From positions 7,391,563 through 7,455,562 of the forward strand of contig NC_057718.1 of the NCBI RefSeq assembly GCF_004010195.1: a DNA stretch of 64,000 nt, in the 5' to 3' direction. The DNA comes from Chiloscyllium plagiosum. Lineage: Eukaryota. The notes under the pieces are model-generated. The model saw nothing but the letters and a program-made list of their open reading frames with translations, was not told the origin of the DNA and made no database searches. Shown piece after piece: positions 1-12,759 of this stretch. The number at the start of each line of letters is the position of its first letter. The first letter of the stretch is position 1. The position numbers and the translations under genes were made by a program.

Positions 1-152
1 CCAGGAACCCCATCCAGGAGAAAGATATAAATAGAAAGCAGGAGACAACAGCTTCGCTTCACTTGGAGGTCTCCACTGATGATGTTACCTAGCCAGTGAT
101 GAAACGTCTGGATATCAAACCTACAGCTCAGCGAGCAAACCTACACCCTAAA
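1..152 (+). mobile_element. Penelope-like element 3' terminus (family A)
   Basis: Contains a minimal hammerhead motif followed by ...gctcagcgagcaaacctacaccctaaac, a tail typical of PLE ends. Confidence 0.65.
72..112 (+). ncRNA. Minimal type I hammerhead ribozyme motif
   Basis: tcca-CTGATGA-t-GTTAC(ctagcca)GTGAT-GAAACGTC-tgga: intact core, 4-bp stem I, 5-bp stem II, palindromic ACGT in place of stem III. Confidence 0.8.
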
Positions 153-155
153 CTG

Positions 156-660
156 TGAACAGTTTTGAGCAATCCCCAAGCCCCCACATATCCAAGGAAA
201 GATGTACAGGCATTGAGGATAGTCCAGAGATGGTTCACCAAGTTGATTCCAGGTATAGAGGGACTATTTTATGAGGAGAGGTTGAGTTTGTCAGGCCTGC
301 ACCCTTTGGACTTTAGAAAGTTTAGAAGCACAAGAATGACAGGGTAGATGCTGAGAGATTGTTTCTTCTTGTGGGAGAGTCGGGAACCAGTAAATATAAT
401 CTCAGAAAAAGGCATTGCCCATTTAAACAGAGATGAGGACACCATTTTTTCTTCTAAAAGATTAGTGAATCTGTGGAACTCTTTCACAGAGGTTGGCTCA
501 TTAAATATATTCTAGGCTGAGATGGACAGATTTTTAATTGGTTAGGGAAGGAAGGGTTATCGGGAAAAGACAGGAAAGTGCAGTTGACGGTTATCAGATC
601 AGCCCTGATCTTGCTGAATGATGGAGCTGACTCATTATGCTATGTCCACTCCCATGTTTC
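156..660 (+). mobile_element. Decayed CR1 LINE 3' fragment
   Basis: RT C-terminal remnant (RKDVQAL...FTKLIPGIEGLFYEERL) and CR1-type 3' UTR. Confidence 0.8.
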
Positions 661-790
661 ATATTGATATTGTCTTTTGTGCAACAGAATGCTTTGGCCT
701 TCAACACATTGTTCAATGTATTGCCAAAGACGTTTCAAGCGCTTGATGGAATGCGTGGAAGATAGCTATACACAATAGCAAATAATCAAG

Positions 791-1061
791 ATTTGGAGAT
801 GCCGGTGTTGGACTGGGGTGTACAAAGCTAAAAATCACACAACACCAGGTTGTAGTCCAACAGGTTTAATTGGAAGCACTAGCTTTTGGAGCGCTGCTCC
901 TTCATCGGGTGGTTATGGAGAACACAATTGTAAGACACAGAATTTATTGCAACAGTGCTGTAACGTTTACTATAAATTCTGTGTCTTACAGTTGTGGACT
1001 CTATAACCACCTGATGAAGGAGCAGCACTCTGAAAGCTAGTGCTCCCAGTTAAACCTATTG
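791..1061. mobile_element. PLE-end palindrome (family B) with two opposed hammerheads
   Basis: Inverted arms at about 865-912 and 1004-1055; 13-bp TSD GCAAATAATCAAG at 778-790 and 1062-1074. Confidence 0.85.
1008..1042 (+). ncRNA. Minimal hammerhead ribozyme motif (AGCT loop variant)
   Basis: cac-CTGATGA-a-GGAG(cagca)CTCT-GAAAGCTA-gtg. Confidence 0.7.
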
Positions 1062-1074
1062 GCAAATAATCAAG

Positions 1075-2222
1075 GTGGTCAATGAAATGATGGCCTTTAT
1101 ATCTACAAGACTGGGGTGTAAGGAAGCAGAAGTTATGTTGCGGCTATAAAATCTCTGGTTAGATCCCACTGGGAGTACAGGAAGCAGATGTGGGCACCAC
1201 ACGGTTGAATGGATATATTGGCCATGGAGGGAGTACAATGCAGGTTTACAAGAATGATACCTGGACTACAGGGGTTAAATTACAAAGAGAGATTATACTA
1301 ATTAGACCAGTTTTCTTAAGAATTTAAATGGTTAAGGAGTGATCTGGTCAAAGTCTTCAAGATATGAATAGAAAAAACAGGTTAGATAAAGAGAAACTGT
1401 TTCATCTAGTCGGGGATTTTAGAACTAGGGGGCATAGTCTGAGAATTAGAACTAGACCATTTTGGGAGAGATGTTAGGAAGCACTTCAACAAACAAAGAG
1501 TGGCAGACTTTTCCACAAATGGCAGTTGGGCATATTCTTAATCTGAGAGGAGAATGATTTAAAAAAGACATGAGGGGCAATTCTTTTGCACAGAGTTATT
1601 TGTGGGTGGAATGAACTTCCTGAGGAAATGATGGATGTGGGTACAGTTACAACATTTAAAAGACATTGAGATAAATACATGAATAAGAAATATATGGAGG
1701 GATGTGTGCCAAGCATTGGCAGGTGGCACTAGTTTAGTTTGGGATAATGGGTGGCATAGACTGGCGGACCAAAGGGTGAAGTTATGCTGGAAAAGCACAG
1801 CAGGTCAGGCAGCATCCGAGGAGCAGGAAAATCAACATTCCGGGCAAAAGCCCGTCATCAAGAAGGGCAGATTCCTGATGAAGGGCTTTTGCCCAAAACG
1901 TCAATTTTCCTGCTCCTCGGATGCTGCCTGACTTGCTGTGCTTTTCCAGCACCACTCTAATCTTGACTCTAATCTCCAGCATTTGCACTGCGCACTTTCG
2001 CCTGGTGGACCAAAGGGTCTGTTTCCGTGCTGTATGATTCTGTGACTTGAGGCAAGATCAGTTGCTAGTTTTAAATCTGAGGTAGATAGTTTTTTTTAAG
2101 CAAAGGTGTAAAGTATATGGGCCGAAGGCCGGTATATGGTGATAGATCAGACATGATCTTATTGAATGGCACAACAGGCTCGAGGGGGCTGAATGGCCTA
2201 TTCCTATTCCTGTATTCCTATC
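1075..2222 (+). mobile_element. Nested CR1 LINE 3' fragments
   Basis: An old CR1 RT remnant is interrupted at about 1530-2045 by a second CR1 tail, which is itself interrupted by a PLE palindrome. Confidence 0.75.
1778..2001. mobile_element. PLE-end palindrome (family C)
   Basis: Inverted arms around 1865-1872; TSD CTGG(C/T)GGACCAAAGGGT at 1761-1777 and 2002-2018. Confidence 0.85.
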
Positions 2223-2720
2223 TCAAAGGTTCATTCCAGCCTGTGGAGATTATGGAATCCTACTGGCAAGGAACAGAAGGTACCAAGCTTTCAGATGATT
2301 CATACATTCCTTAGGTTTAATTTCCTGGAGAGCTCCTGGATTTATCTTGATAAGTACACAAATCTTTTATTTTTTCATAAATATCTGTGTGCATTATTCA
2401 GTCAAAGGAATTTTTATTATTAAGGATGAGAACTTAATATTTTCCAGAGTACATTTTAGCATTTTATGATAAATAAAGACTAACTTGCCAATGATCCTCC
2501 AGCATTCACCAGTAGGAGTTTGCAAATTGAAGTGTGTTCCCTTCAACATTGAGAAACAATGAGTAAAATACACTGCGACTTGGTTGAAGCATTCCTGGCC
2601 TGTTCTGGGGTTTGTTGTACAGAAATAGATTATTGTCAATCCCAAAATCTTGCTGAGATACACAGTCAGTATGACAAGGTTGATTCACCATAGCAACCTG
2701 GATCAAATTACTCTACACAG

Positions 2721-4023
2721 AAAATGGGGGAGACACTAAATGAATATTTAGCATCAGTATTTACTGTGGAAAAGGATATGGAAGGTATAGGCTGTAGGGA
2801 AATAGATGGTGACATCTTGCAAAATGTCCAGATTACAGAGGAGGAAGTGCTGGATGTCTTGAAACGGTTGAAGGTGGATAAATCCCCAGGACCTGATCAG
2901 GTGTACCCGAGAACTCTATGGGAAGCTAGAGAAGTGATTGCTGGGCCTCTTGCTGAAATATTTGTATCATCGATAGTCACAGGTGAGGTGCCGGAAGATT
3001 GGAGGTTGGCAAACGTGGTGCCACTGTTTAAGAAGGGTGGTAAGGACTATAGACCGGTGAGCCTGACCTCGGTGGTGGGCAAATTGTTGGAGGGAATCCT
3101 GAGGGACAGGATGTACATGTATTTGNNNNNNNNNNNNNNNNNNNNNNNNNNNNNNNNNNNNNNNNNNNNNNNNNNNNNNNNNNNNNNNNNNNNNNNNNNN
3201 NNNNNNNNNNNNNNNNNNNNNNNNNNNNNNNNNNNNNNNNNNNNNNNNNNNNNNNNNNNNNNNNNNNNNNNNNNNNNNNNNNNNNNNNNNNNNNNNNNNN
3301 NNNNNNNNNNNNNNNNNNNNNNNNNNNNNNNNNNNNNNNNNNNNNNNNNNNNNNNNNNNNNNNNNNNNNNNNNNNNNNNNNNNNNNNNNNNNNNNNNNNN
3401 NNNNNNNNNNNNNNNNNNNNNNNNNNNNNNNNNNNNNNNNNNNNNNNNNNNNNNNNNNNNNNNNNNNNNNNNNNNNNNNNNNNNNNNNNNNNNNNNNNNN
3501 NNNNNNNNNNNNNNNNNNNNNNNNNNNNNNNNNNNNNNNNNNNNNNNNNNNNNNNNNNNNNNNNNNNNNNNNNNNNNNNNNNNNNNNNNNNNNNNNNNNN
3601 NNNNNNNNNNNNNNNNNNNNNNNNNNNNNNNNNNNNNNNNNNNNNNNNNNNNNNNNNNNNNNNNNNNNNNNNNNNNNNNNNNNNNNNNNNNNNNNNNNNN
3701 NNNNNNNNGAGTCCAGAACTAGAGGGCATAGGTTTAGGGTGAGAGGGGAAAGATATAAAAGAGACCTAAGGGGCAACCTTTTTCACGCAGAGGGTGGTAC
3801 GTGTATGGAATGAGCTGCCAGAGGATGTGGTGGAGGCTGGTACAATTGCAACATTTAAGAGGCAGTTGAATTGGAATATGAATAGGAAGGGTTTGGAGGG
3901 ATATGGGCCGGGTGCTGGCAGGTGGGAATAGATTGGGTTGGGATATCTGGTCGGCATGGACGGGTTGGACCGAAGGGTCTGTTTCCATGCTGTACATCTC
4001 CACATCTCTATGACTCTATGACT
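2721..4023 (+). mobile_element. Young CR1 (HER1-like) LINE, 5'-truncated, spans gap
   Basis: ORF2 motifs KSPGPD, W..ANVVPLFKKG, YRPVSLTSVVGK; 3' tail ctctatgactctatga. Confidence 0.93.
3126..3708. other. Assembly gap
   Basis: N run. Confidence 1.
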
Positions 4024-4162
4024 TGATTCCAGCAGTCAATTTTTAAAGCCTTTTGATTACCCTTCCCTCCTCCATATATTGTAGCTCCAGAATTGTGAAT
4101 ATGCAATGAGATATTTCTGTGGCAGCTCAGCTGAGATGGTAGCAAATGTATTTTTATATTTA

Positions 4163-5972
4163 CAATCCTTCAAAGATCAGCAAGGTGGCCTTTGTGTGGA
4201 AACGCAGGAGTTGCGGGAGATACTAAACGAGTATTTTGCATCTGTGTTTACTCTGGAAAAGGACACGGAAGACATAGAACGTAAGGAAATAGATGGTGAC
4301 ATCTTGAAAAATATCCATATTACAGAGGAGGAAGTGTTGGATGTCTTGAAACACATAAAAGTGGATAAATCCCCAGGACCTGGTCAGGTGTACCCTAGAA
4401 CTCTGTGGAAAGTTAGGGAAGTGATTGCTGGACCCCTTGCTGAGATATTTGTATCATCGATAGCCACAGGTGAGGTGCCAGAAGACTGGAAGTTGGCTAA
4501 CGTGGTGCCACTGTTTAAGAAGGGTGGTATGGACAAGCCAGGGAACTATCGACCAGTGAGGCTGACATCAGTGGTGGGCAAGTTGTTGGAGGGAATCATG
4601 AGGGACAAAATGTATTTGGAAAAGCAAGGACCGATTAAGGATAGTAAAAATGGGCGTGGGAAATCATGTCTCACAAACTTGATTGAGTTTTTTGAAGAAG
4701 TAACACAGAGGATTGATGAGGGCAGAGCAGTTGACATGATCTATATGGACTTCAGTAAGGCGTTCGACAAGGTTCCCCATGGAAGACTGGTTCGACAAGG
4801 TTCCCCATGGTTAGATCTCATGGAATAAAGAGAGAACTAGCCATTTGGATACAGAACTGGCTCAAAAGTAGAAGATAGAGGGTGGTGATGGAAGGCTGTT
4901 TTTCAGGATGGAGGCCTGTGACCAGTGGAGTGCCACAAGGATCAGTGCTGGGTCCTCTACTTTTATATAAATGATTTGGATGTGCGCATAAGAGGTATAG
5001 TAAGTAAGTTTGCAGATGACACCAAAATTGGAGGTGTAGTGGACAACGAAGAAGGTTACCTCAGATTATAACGGGATCTAGACCAGATGGGCCAATGGGC
5101 TCAGAAGTAGCAGATGGAGTTTAATTTAGATAAGTGCGAGGTGCTGCATTTTGGGAAAGCAAATCTTAGCAGAACTTATACACTTAATGATAAGGTCCTA
5201 GGGAGTGTTGCTGAACAAAGAGACCTTGGAGTGCAGGTTCATGGCTCCTTGAAAGTGGAGTCACAGGTAGATAGGATAGTGAAGAAGGCGTTTGGTATGC
5301 TTTCCTTTATTGGTCAGAGTATTGAGTACAGGAGTTGGGAGGTCATGTTGCGGCTGTACAGGACNNNNNNNNNNNNNNNNNNNNNNNNNNNNNNNNNNNN
5401 NNNNNNNNNNNNNNNNNNNNNNNNNNNNNNNNNNNNNNNNNNNNNNNNNNNNNNNNNNNNNNNNNNNNNNNNNNNNNNNNNNNNNNNNNNNNNNNNNNNN
5501 NNNNNNNNNNNNNNNNNNNNNNNNNNNNNNNNNNNNNNNNNNNNNNNNNNNNNNNNNNNNNNNNNNNNNNNNNNNNNNNNNNNNNNNNNNNNNNNNNNNN
5601 NNNNNNNNNNNNNNNNNNNNNNNNNNNNNNNNNNNNNNNNNNNNNNNNNNNNNNNNNNNNNNNNNNNNNNNNNAGTCCAGAACTACAAGGCATAGGTTTA
5701 GTGTGAGAGGGGGAAGATGTAAAAGAGACCTAAGGGGCAATGTTTTCACGCTGAGGGTGATACATGTATGAAATGGGCTGCCAGAGGAAGTGGTGGAGGT
5801 TTGTACAAATGCAACATTTAAAAGGCACCTGGATGGGTATATAAATAGGAAGGGCTTGGGGGATATGAGCCAGGTACTGGCAGGTGGGATTAGATTGGGT
5901 CTGGTTGGCATGGACAAGTTGGACTGAAGGGACTGTTTCCGTGCTGTACGGCTCTACGACTATGACTCTATA
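4163..5972 (+). mobile_element. CR1 (HER1-like) LINE, 5'-truncated, with stops and frameshifts
   Basis: RT motifs [26 protein letters not shown] and FNLDKCEVLHFG; CR1 tail. Confidence 0.95.
5365..5673. other. Assembly gap
   Basis: N run. Confidence 1.
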
Positions 5973-5982
5973 ACTCCAACCC

Positions 5983-6215
5983 GGGACGGTGCGGTGGCTT
6001 ATTGGGTAGCACTGCTGCCTCACAGTGCCAGGGACCCAGGATCGATTCCAGCCTCATGCGACTGTCTGTGTGGAGTTTCCCCATTTTTCCCGTGTCTCCG
6101 GGTGCTCTGGTTTCCTCCCACAGTCTAAAGCTGTGCAGGTTAGGTGATTTGGCCATGCTAAATGCCCATTGTGTTAGTACATTAGTAAGAGGGAAATGGG
6201 TCTGAATTGTAGTGG
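5983..6215 (+). mobile_element. HE1-type tRNA-derived SINE
   Basis: A/B-box head (ggtggct...gtagcactgctgcctcacag...gatcgattcc) and body ctgtctgtgtggagtt. Confidence 0.85.
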
Positions 6216-6416
6216 GTATGGAAGCCCCCAAGTTTAAGTTCCCACTACATGCTATCATGGCCAAGGAAGGCGTATTGTAATGTTTTGATATGAGCTGGCA
6301 ATATCAATGGCAGGCAGTAAGACTCGGATAGATTCCTGGTCATCACATAATGGTAAGAATCTAACAACTAGGAACAGGAGTAGGCCATTCAGCCCTTCGA
6401 GCCTGCTCTACCATTC

Positions 6417-6818
6417 AATGAGCTATAAGGAGAGGCTGGACAAATTAGGGTTGGTTTCTCTGGGGCAGAAAAAGCTGAGGGGAGACTTATTGGAAGTTTA
6501 CAAAGTTACAAGAGGCATACATAGGGTTGACAGTCAGAATCTTTCTCCCAGAGTTAAAGGTAAAAGGGGGATAGTTCAAAGAAGGTGTGAGGGGCAAGTT
6601 ATTTCCACAGAGAGTGGTAGGTACCTGGAACTGCCAAGAGTTATGGTGGAGGTGGATATGATAGGGGTGTTTAAGGAGCTTTTAGATAAGCACATGAATA
6701 TGTAAGGAATGGTAGGATATGGCCCATGGGCAGGCAGAAGGGACTAGTTTAATTTCATATCAAATTCGACACCACATCGTGGGCCAAATGGCCTGTTCCT
6801 GTGCTGTTCTATGTTCCA
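6417..6818 (+). mobile_element. CR1 LINE 3' fragment
   Basis: SYKERLDKLGL...LRGDLLEVYK; CR1 tail. Confidence 0.85.
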
Positions 6819-7093
6819 TATCATTCCTACTCACGTTTTGTTTTAAATCTGTGAGCCCTTAGCCTAAAACTACGACCTCTTATTCCAGATTGCTCCATGA
6901 GGAAACATCCCTCTCTGCTAATTTGTCAATTCCCTTCAGCATCTTGTATACCTCAATTAGATCCCCTATCATCTTCGTAAACTCCTCATAAGACAAACCT
7001 TTTGTTTCTGGAACCAATATTGTGAAACATTCCAGAACAAATTTCTAAACTTGTGGAAATAGCATGGATCTTGCAGCCTTTCCTGAGGTTCAA

Positions 7094-7577
7094 AGTAGAC
7101 AGGCCAGAGGCTGGAAAAATAGAGCAAACCAGGCAGCATCAGGAGGTGGTGAAGTCAATGTTTCGGGTGTAACCCTTCTTCAGGACTGGGGATGGGTGTA
7201 GGGGGGAGCTGCAGATAAAGGGGTTTGGGGGGCAGGGTGGTGAGGTGGGGATAGGTGAAGACAGGTAGGGGGTACGACCTGGTTAGTCAATGGGAGGAAT
7301 GAATCCAGTTGGTGGCTGGGAGCAGTGGAGGGGAGGGGGAGGGGCTGGGAAGGGAGTCAGGGGATGGGAAGGGAGGTTATTTGAAATTGGAGAACCCAAT
7401 GTTGATTCCCCTGGGCTGTCGGCTGCCCAGGCAGAAGATGAGGTGTTGTTCCTCCGATTTGCGGTGTGGTTCATTGTGGCAATGGAGGAGGCCAAGAATG
7501 GTCATGTCGGAAAGGGAGTGGGAAGGGGAATTAAAATGGCGGTGACTGGGAGGTCCGGTTGGCCCCTGCGGGCTCAG
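7094..7577 (-). mobile_element. PLE 3' fragment (GIY-YIG C-terminus plus terminus) with hammerhead at 7153-7187 (family D)
   Basis: Minus strand reads ...EEQHLIFCLGSRQPRGINIGFSNFK*; agtc-CTGAAGA-a-GGGT(tac)ACCC-GAAACATT-gact; flanks CTGAG(G/A)TTCA. Confidence 0.8.
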
Positions 7578-8092
7578 CTGAGATTCAGGCTTAATTCTAG
7601 ATTTACTTCAAGATTTCTTACAGTCATTATACTTCCGTAATATAAGATTTTTAAAAGACATTTAGATAAATACATGAATAAGAAATATTTGGAGGGATAT
7701 GGACCAAGTGCAGGCAGATGGGACTAGTTTAGTGTAGGATTCTGTTTAGCATGTATTGGTTGGACCAATGGGTCTCTATGGCCTTATGACTCAATAGGTG
7801 TCTCGAATGCAATTACGTTCCTCCACAATAAGGGGATCAAAACTATATGCTGTACTCTAGAACTGGTCTCACCAATGTCTTGGTACAAAAAAGGCTTCCC
7901 TCCTTTTATACTCCATTCCCTTTCAATAAATACTCAACACTTCCAACTGCAACATGCTTGTAAAAGTATGTGTTACCACAGCAACTTGGCCTTCTTGAGG
8001 GGCAGATTGTCTCAGTTGGCTGGGCAGCTTCCAAGGAACAGATGGGTACCAACAAGACACGGTCGTATGTCTGAGTGAGGTGATAAAGCAGC

Positions 8093-8222
8093 TTCCTGAA
8101 GAAAGGCCTGTGCCCGAAACGTCGAATCTCCTGTTCCCTGGATGCTGCCTGACCTGCTGTGCTGTTCCAGCAATAAAGTTTCAACTTTGATCTCCAGCAT
8201 CTGCAGACCTCACTTTCTCCCC
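8093..8222 (+). mobile_element. Solo PLE end (family C) starting at the hammerhead (8093-8126)
   Basis: ttc-CTGAAGA...GAAACGTC-gaa; 11-bp TSD GATAAAGCAGC. Confidence 0.85.
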
Positions 8223-8301
8223 GATAAAGCAGCAGGTTACTTTCAAGAAAGATCCAAGCCTTTGCGCCCTGTAGTTTGCATTAGGTGGCACCCTGATACA
8301 T

Positions 8302-8459
8302 AATTTACAAGGATGTTGCCAGGGTTGGAGGATCTGAGCTACAGGGAGAGGCTGAGCAGGCTGGGGGCAGGTGGGACTAGATTGGGTTGGGATATCTGGT
8401 CGGCATGGACGGGTTGGACCGAAGGGTCTATTTCCATGCTGTACATCTCTATGACTCTG
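8302..8459 (+). mobile_element. Internally deleted CR1 3' fragment
   Basis: LPGLEDLSYRERL fused directly to the CR1 3' tail. Confidence 0.8.
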
Positions 8460-9167
8460 AGGTTTCATGATCTTGAAAGTAACGACGGGTGTATAATGTA
8501 ATGGTGTGCATCATTATTGCTGTTAAATTCTCTGCATTAATTATGCACACTTCTGCCTCATTAGTTACAGCACCTGCCATGTACCTGGATGTATTCTCTT
8601 TGAACAGTTACTGATCTCTCTGTCAATACCACATTGTTTTTGAAATTGCTAAAAGGTTATTGAAGCTTTTTATTTTGCACTCATCCGGACAGTGCAGAAA
8701 TGCACATTTCATACAACTTACACCAGACGTTAATTGGTTAGCATGTAGACATGACTGGCTCAGGTACGTCCGTGGAGAAAGCATGGGGGGAGAGATATAG
8801 GCTCCTCAAGGAAATTCACAAAAAGGTGCAAGTTGCGAACATATTCCTTTTGTTTGCAGAGGTCCCTGAATATGAATGTATGTCAGTTCTAGCTGGCACA
8901 GAGGCTTGATGGCTTGACTTAAATCTGTTGTTAATATTTCAATTTGCATATTTAGGGTTGTTCAACAAGTGCTGCCAAATCACAGGTTTGCATCTAACAG
9001 CAGAAATATTGTTTTAGTCTTGTAAGCTCCCAGTAATTCAAAACGTTCTATACTCTACCTATTACAAACAACCACGGAACAGGGTTTTTAAGTTCCTTTC
9101 TTCACTAAATTTTGTATTTGCATGACAATTGGACATTGATGCCACATACTAGTAATAGAACAAAATA

Positions 9168-9514
9168 GAATATCTACAGTAGGGAAGCAGGCCCATCAAA
9201 TCTGTGCCGATCCTCCAAAGAACATCCCACTCAGACCCAACCCTCCCTAGCCTATCCCTGTAACCCTGCATTTCCCATGGCTAATCCACCTCGCTTGCAT
9301 ATCCCTGGACACTGCAGGCAATTTAGCTTGGCCAATCCACCTAACTTGCACATCTTGGGACTGTGGGAGGAAACCAGAGCACCGGGAGGAAACCCACGCA
9401 GACAAGGGGAGAATGTACATACTCCACACAGACAGTCGCCTGGGGCTGGAATTGAACCTGGGTACCTGGCACTGTGAGGCAGCAGTGCTAACCATTGATC
9501 CACCATGCTGCCCC
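9168..9514 (-). mobile_element. HE1-type SINE
   Basis: Full head-to-tail similarity to the other copies in the window. Confidence 0.9.
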
Positions 9515-9551
9515 AATGACCCATCCATTAAGTTATATTAAAAAAATGTTA

Positions 9552-9765
9552 GCATTGTCCTACCAGACCTTAGGGCTGCTCTCCAATTAGAGAGAGATGA
9601 CTGGTGGTGGTTTAATCTGAAGGTCGTCATGCCTCAGGTAGGACAGAGGTTGATAAGGAAAATGCTGCATGGGTAACTTCAGCCTGTGCAAGAACTGAGG
9701 CCACATTGTTGGCATCCATTGGCATCACAAAACAGGTGCCCAGCCAGCTGAGCTAACTAATACCC
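9552..9765 (-). mobile_element. tRNA-derived SINE, second family (related copy at about 29925-30048)
   Basis: Minus-strand head ttagctcagctggctgg; both copies share gctgctctc...agagagagatgactggt. Confidence 0.6.
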
Positions 9766-10475
9766 ACTAAGTTATGGAGTTAACCTGTCAGATCTGCAGA
9801 TTATACCACTGCAGGAAATGTAATGGGCTGAAATTGAAACAAAAAGTGCAAAAGGAAAGTGATTAACCTTTGTTGCTGTCAAACCATGAGATTTGGGGCA
9901 GAATTATGACCAGATGTCATAAATAAAAGTATCTGTCTACTTGGGTGGCCTCCTTGTAAACACGGTGGGACATTCAGGAAATAGCGAGGTGAGGATTCTA
10001 ATTGCATCAGGACGAGCAAATAAGATGCATACCATCTGTAGATCAAAAGTGATCTCAGCACAACTGGAGTCTCAGCTCCATCATTATCTCACTCTCCCAG
10101 TTTTCTTTCACAGCAACAATTAAGGTTCTCAGTTTCCAGATGTTCCAGTTTCTGAAGGCATGGGGTGTGAGTGTCTTTCTACATCAACAAATAAGATACA
10201 ATTTTGATGCTTGGATTGACATACAACCGTTAGACAGCAGTTTGGACACAGTTAATAAAGGGCTTCAATTAAGGCTGCCCCACCCTGAAATCCACTGATG
10301 TCAATCACATCAGTACTAATTCTGTCAGGAAACAGACAACAATAAGGCTGTGTGAGAGAGAGATTGGCAAGGACCATCATTTTGTGCCTATCTCCAACTG
10401 CCTTGGTGTGAGTGGTGGTCATTGCCATGTACATCTGAGTGGCTTGCCCAGTCATATCAGAGGGTAGTTAATGGT

Positions 10476-10790
10476 CATAGAATCCCTACAGTGTGGAAGC
10501 AGGCTATTTGGCCCATTAGGTCTGCACCGATCCTCTGAAGAGCATCTCACCCAGACCCATACCTGAACCCTGTAATTCTGCATTGCCCATGGTAATCCAT
10601 CTGGCCTGCACATCCCTGGCCACTACGGCAACTTAGCATGGCCAATTACCCACACACATTTGGACTGTGGGAGAAAACCAGCACAGACATAGGAAGAATG
10701 TGCAAACTCCACAAGGAAAGTTGCCCAAGGGTGGAATCGAACCTGTGTCCCTGACGCTGTGAGGTAGGAGTGCTAAGCACTGCCACCCAC
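10476..10790 (-). mobile_element. HE1-type SINE
   Basis: Similarity to the other copies. Confidence 0.85.
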
Positions 10791-11216
10791 ATTGCAATAG
10801 GAATTGCATGAAATAGGCCAGACTGGATACGAATGGCAGATTTCCTCTCCTAAGGGACTTAGAGAACCAGAAGGGTTTTTTATAACAACCCAACAGTTTC
10901 ATGCTTACTATTCATGAGAACTGTAATGTACGCCACATGTATTAACTGAACTTAATGTCCCCAGGTTACCATGATGGGATTGGAACTCATTAGGGTCAAT
11001 GGGATTACTATCCAATAACACTACTGCCATGCAACCAAATACTGACCCTAGCTATATTGAAGAGAGGTGAATGCTCCTGGGCACCATGATTAATGATTGC
11101 CACAGGTCAACATTTCTTAGGGTGAATTTCAGTCAAAGCTTTTCTAATATATAAAAAGAAGATTATGTGCAGGCCATCTACCATGTCACCATTAATTGAC
11201 CCAGAAATAAACCACA

Positions 11217-11388
11217 ACAATGCCTCCATACCAGGGATCATCCTCGTGAATCTTTTCTGAACTCCCTTCAATGGAGTAATATCTTTCTTTTAATAAGATG
11301 ATAAATACTCGAACTCACAAAAAAATGCAGCACAATTGCTGATGAGATCTGGCAAGCTTTTGGATCTTTACAGATTCTAAACACAACC
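11217..11388. repeat. Inverted copy of 12228-12401
   Basis: About 170-bp reverse-complement match, flanked by direct repeat AACCACAAC (11210-11218, 11385-11393). Confidence 0.92.
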
Positions 11389-12539
11389 ACAACCAAGTAA
11401 CTCATCATCTGCTGTGTGCTGAATATAAGTAATTATTCAAAAGCATAATGGTTGGGTGTTGTTAAACTTCAGTGCATGCTGCACATGTTATTAACATTTG
11501 TGAATCTGATGTATGCGCTAATCCATACAACATTGTAGTCAACCTTGAAAAGAGAATTTTTCTCCTCCAGTGCATCTGTCCCGCTGCTCCATGAGGGCCA
11601 ATGGTCCCTCTCCCATTTTGATGCTGCACAAACATCTGACGTTCTTGTATGGCAGTGACCTCTGCATACGGAGGTCGATGTGTTGGTCCATCAATCAATA
11701 GAAATGGAACCTATCAGCCACACAGTTTACAGGGAACATGCAGGTGAGGTGTAACATAGCAGAGGTCTTTAAGTTTCTACATTTCAATGTCTCAAAATGC
11801 ACCCAATTTAAACAGCCTCACAGTCAGGAGTCTGAAAAATCGCAGACAGACTGAGATCAGACATTTCTACTTCTCTCAGAGGTCTGTGTGTCTTTGAAGT
11901 TCATGTCTGAAAAGCTGCTGGAAATGGAGTCCTTGAATTTTTTTTAAAGGCAGAAGTAGATAAATTCTCGTTAAGCAGGGTCTGGAAGGTTATTGGGGTC
12001 GAGAAGATTTGAGGCTACAATGAAATCAGCCATCATTTTATTGAATGGTGGAGCAGGCTCGAAGGGTTGAATGGCCTCCTTCTGACTCATAGATTCCAAT
12101 TAAAACGCTTTTAAGAGATGTGTGCTTTTAAACTACACTGTAATTGTTCTGCATAATCCTCAAGGATGAGGCATGTACATGACAAATGTTTTGAAAGCAT
12201 ACATTTAATGCATTGTACAGATTGTTAGGTTCTGTTAAGAATCTGTAAAGATCCAAAAGCTTGCCAGAACTCATCAGCAATGGTGCTGCATTTTTTTTGT
12301 GAGTTGGAAACTTTTATCGTCTTATTAAAAGAAATATATTACTCCATTGAAGAGAGTTCAGAGAAGGTTCACGAGGATGATCCCTGGTATGGAGGCATTG
12401 TCTTATGACTCTTCTCACTGGAGTTAAGAAGAATGAGAGGTGACCTCATTGAAACATATCAGAATCTAAAGGAGCTTGACAGGGTCAACGCTGAGAGGAT
12501 GTTTCCCTTTTTGAGAGAGTCCAGGTCTAGAGTAGAGGA

Positions 12540-12759
12540 GCTGAAAATGTGTTGCTGGAAAAGCGCAGCAGGTCAGGCAGCATCCAAGGAACAGGAGAAT
12601 CGACGTTTCGGGCATTAGCCCTTCTTCAGGATTCCTGAAGAAGGACTTTTGCCCGAAACGTCGGTTCTCCTGTTCCTTGGATGCTGCCTGACCTGCTGCG
12701 CTTTTCCAGCAACACATTTTCAGCCCTGATCTCCAGCATCTGCAGCCCTCACTTTCTCT
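12540..12759. mobile_element. PLE-end palindrome (family C) with back-to-back hammerheads, inside a CR1 fragment
   Basis: About 90-bp arms centred near 12632; TSD TAGAGTAGAGGA at 12528-12539 and 12760-12771. Confidence 0.9.

Noticed and set aside
4763..4810. 20-bp local duplication in a CR1 (and a 17-bp one at about 46211-46245)
   Set aside because: Ordinary slippage with no functional implication.
2721..5972. Two tandem, similar CR1 copies as a biological duplication
   Set aside because: Both contain gaps that end at the same motif, the 5' ends differ and the family is high-copy, so independent insertions or assembly effects cannot be excluded. ORFs running through Ns are artefacts.
5983..6055. 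tRNA-like heads in many places
   Set aside because: These are SINE heads, not tRNA genes.
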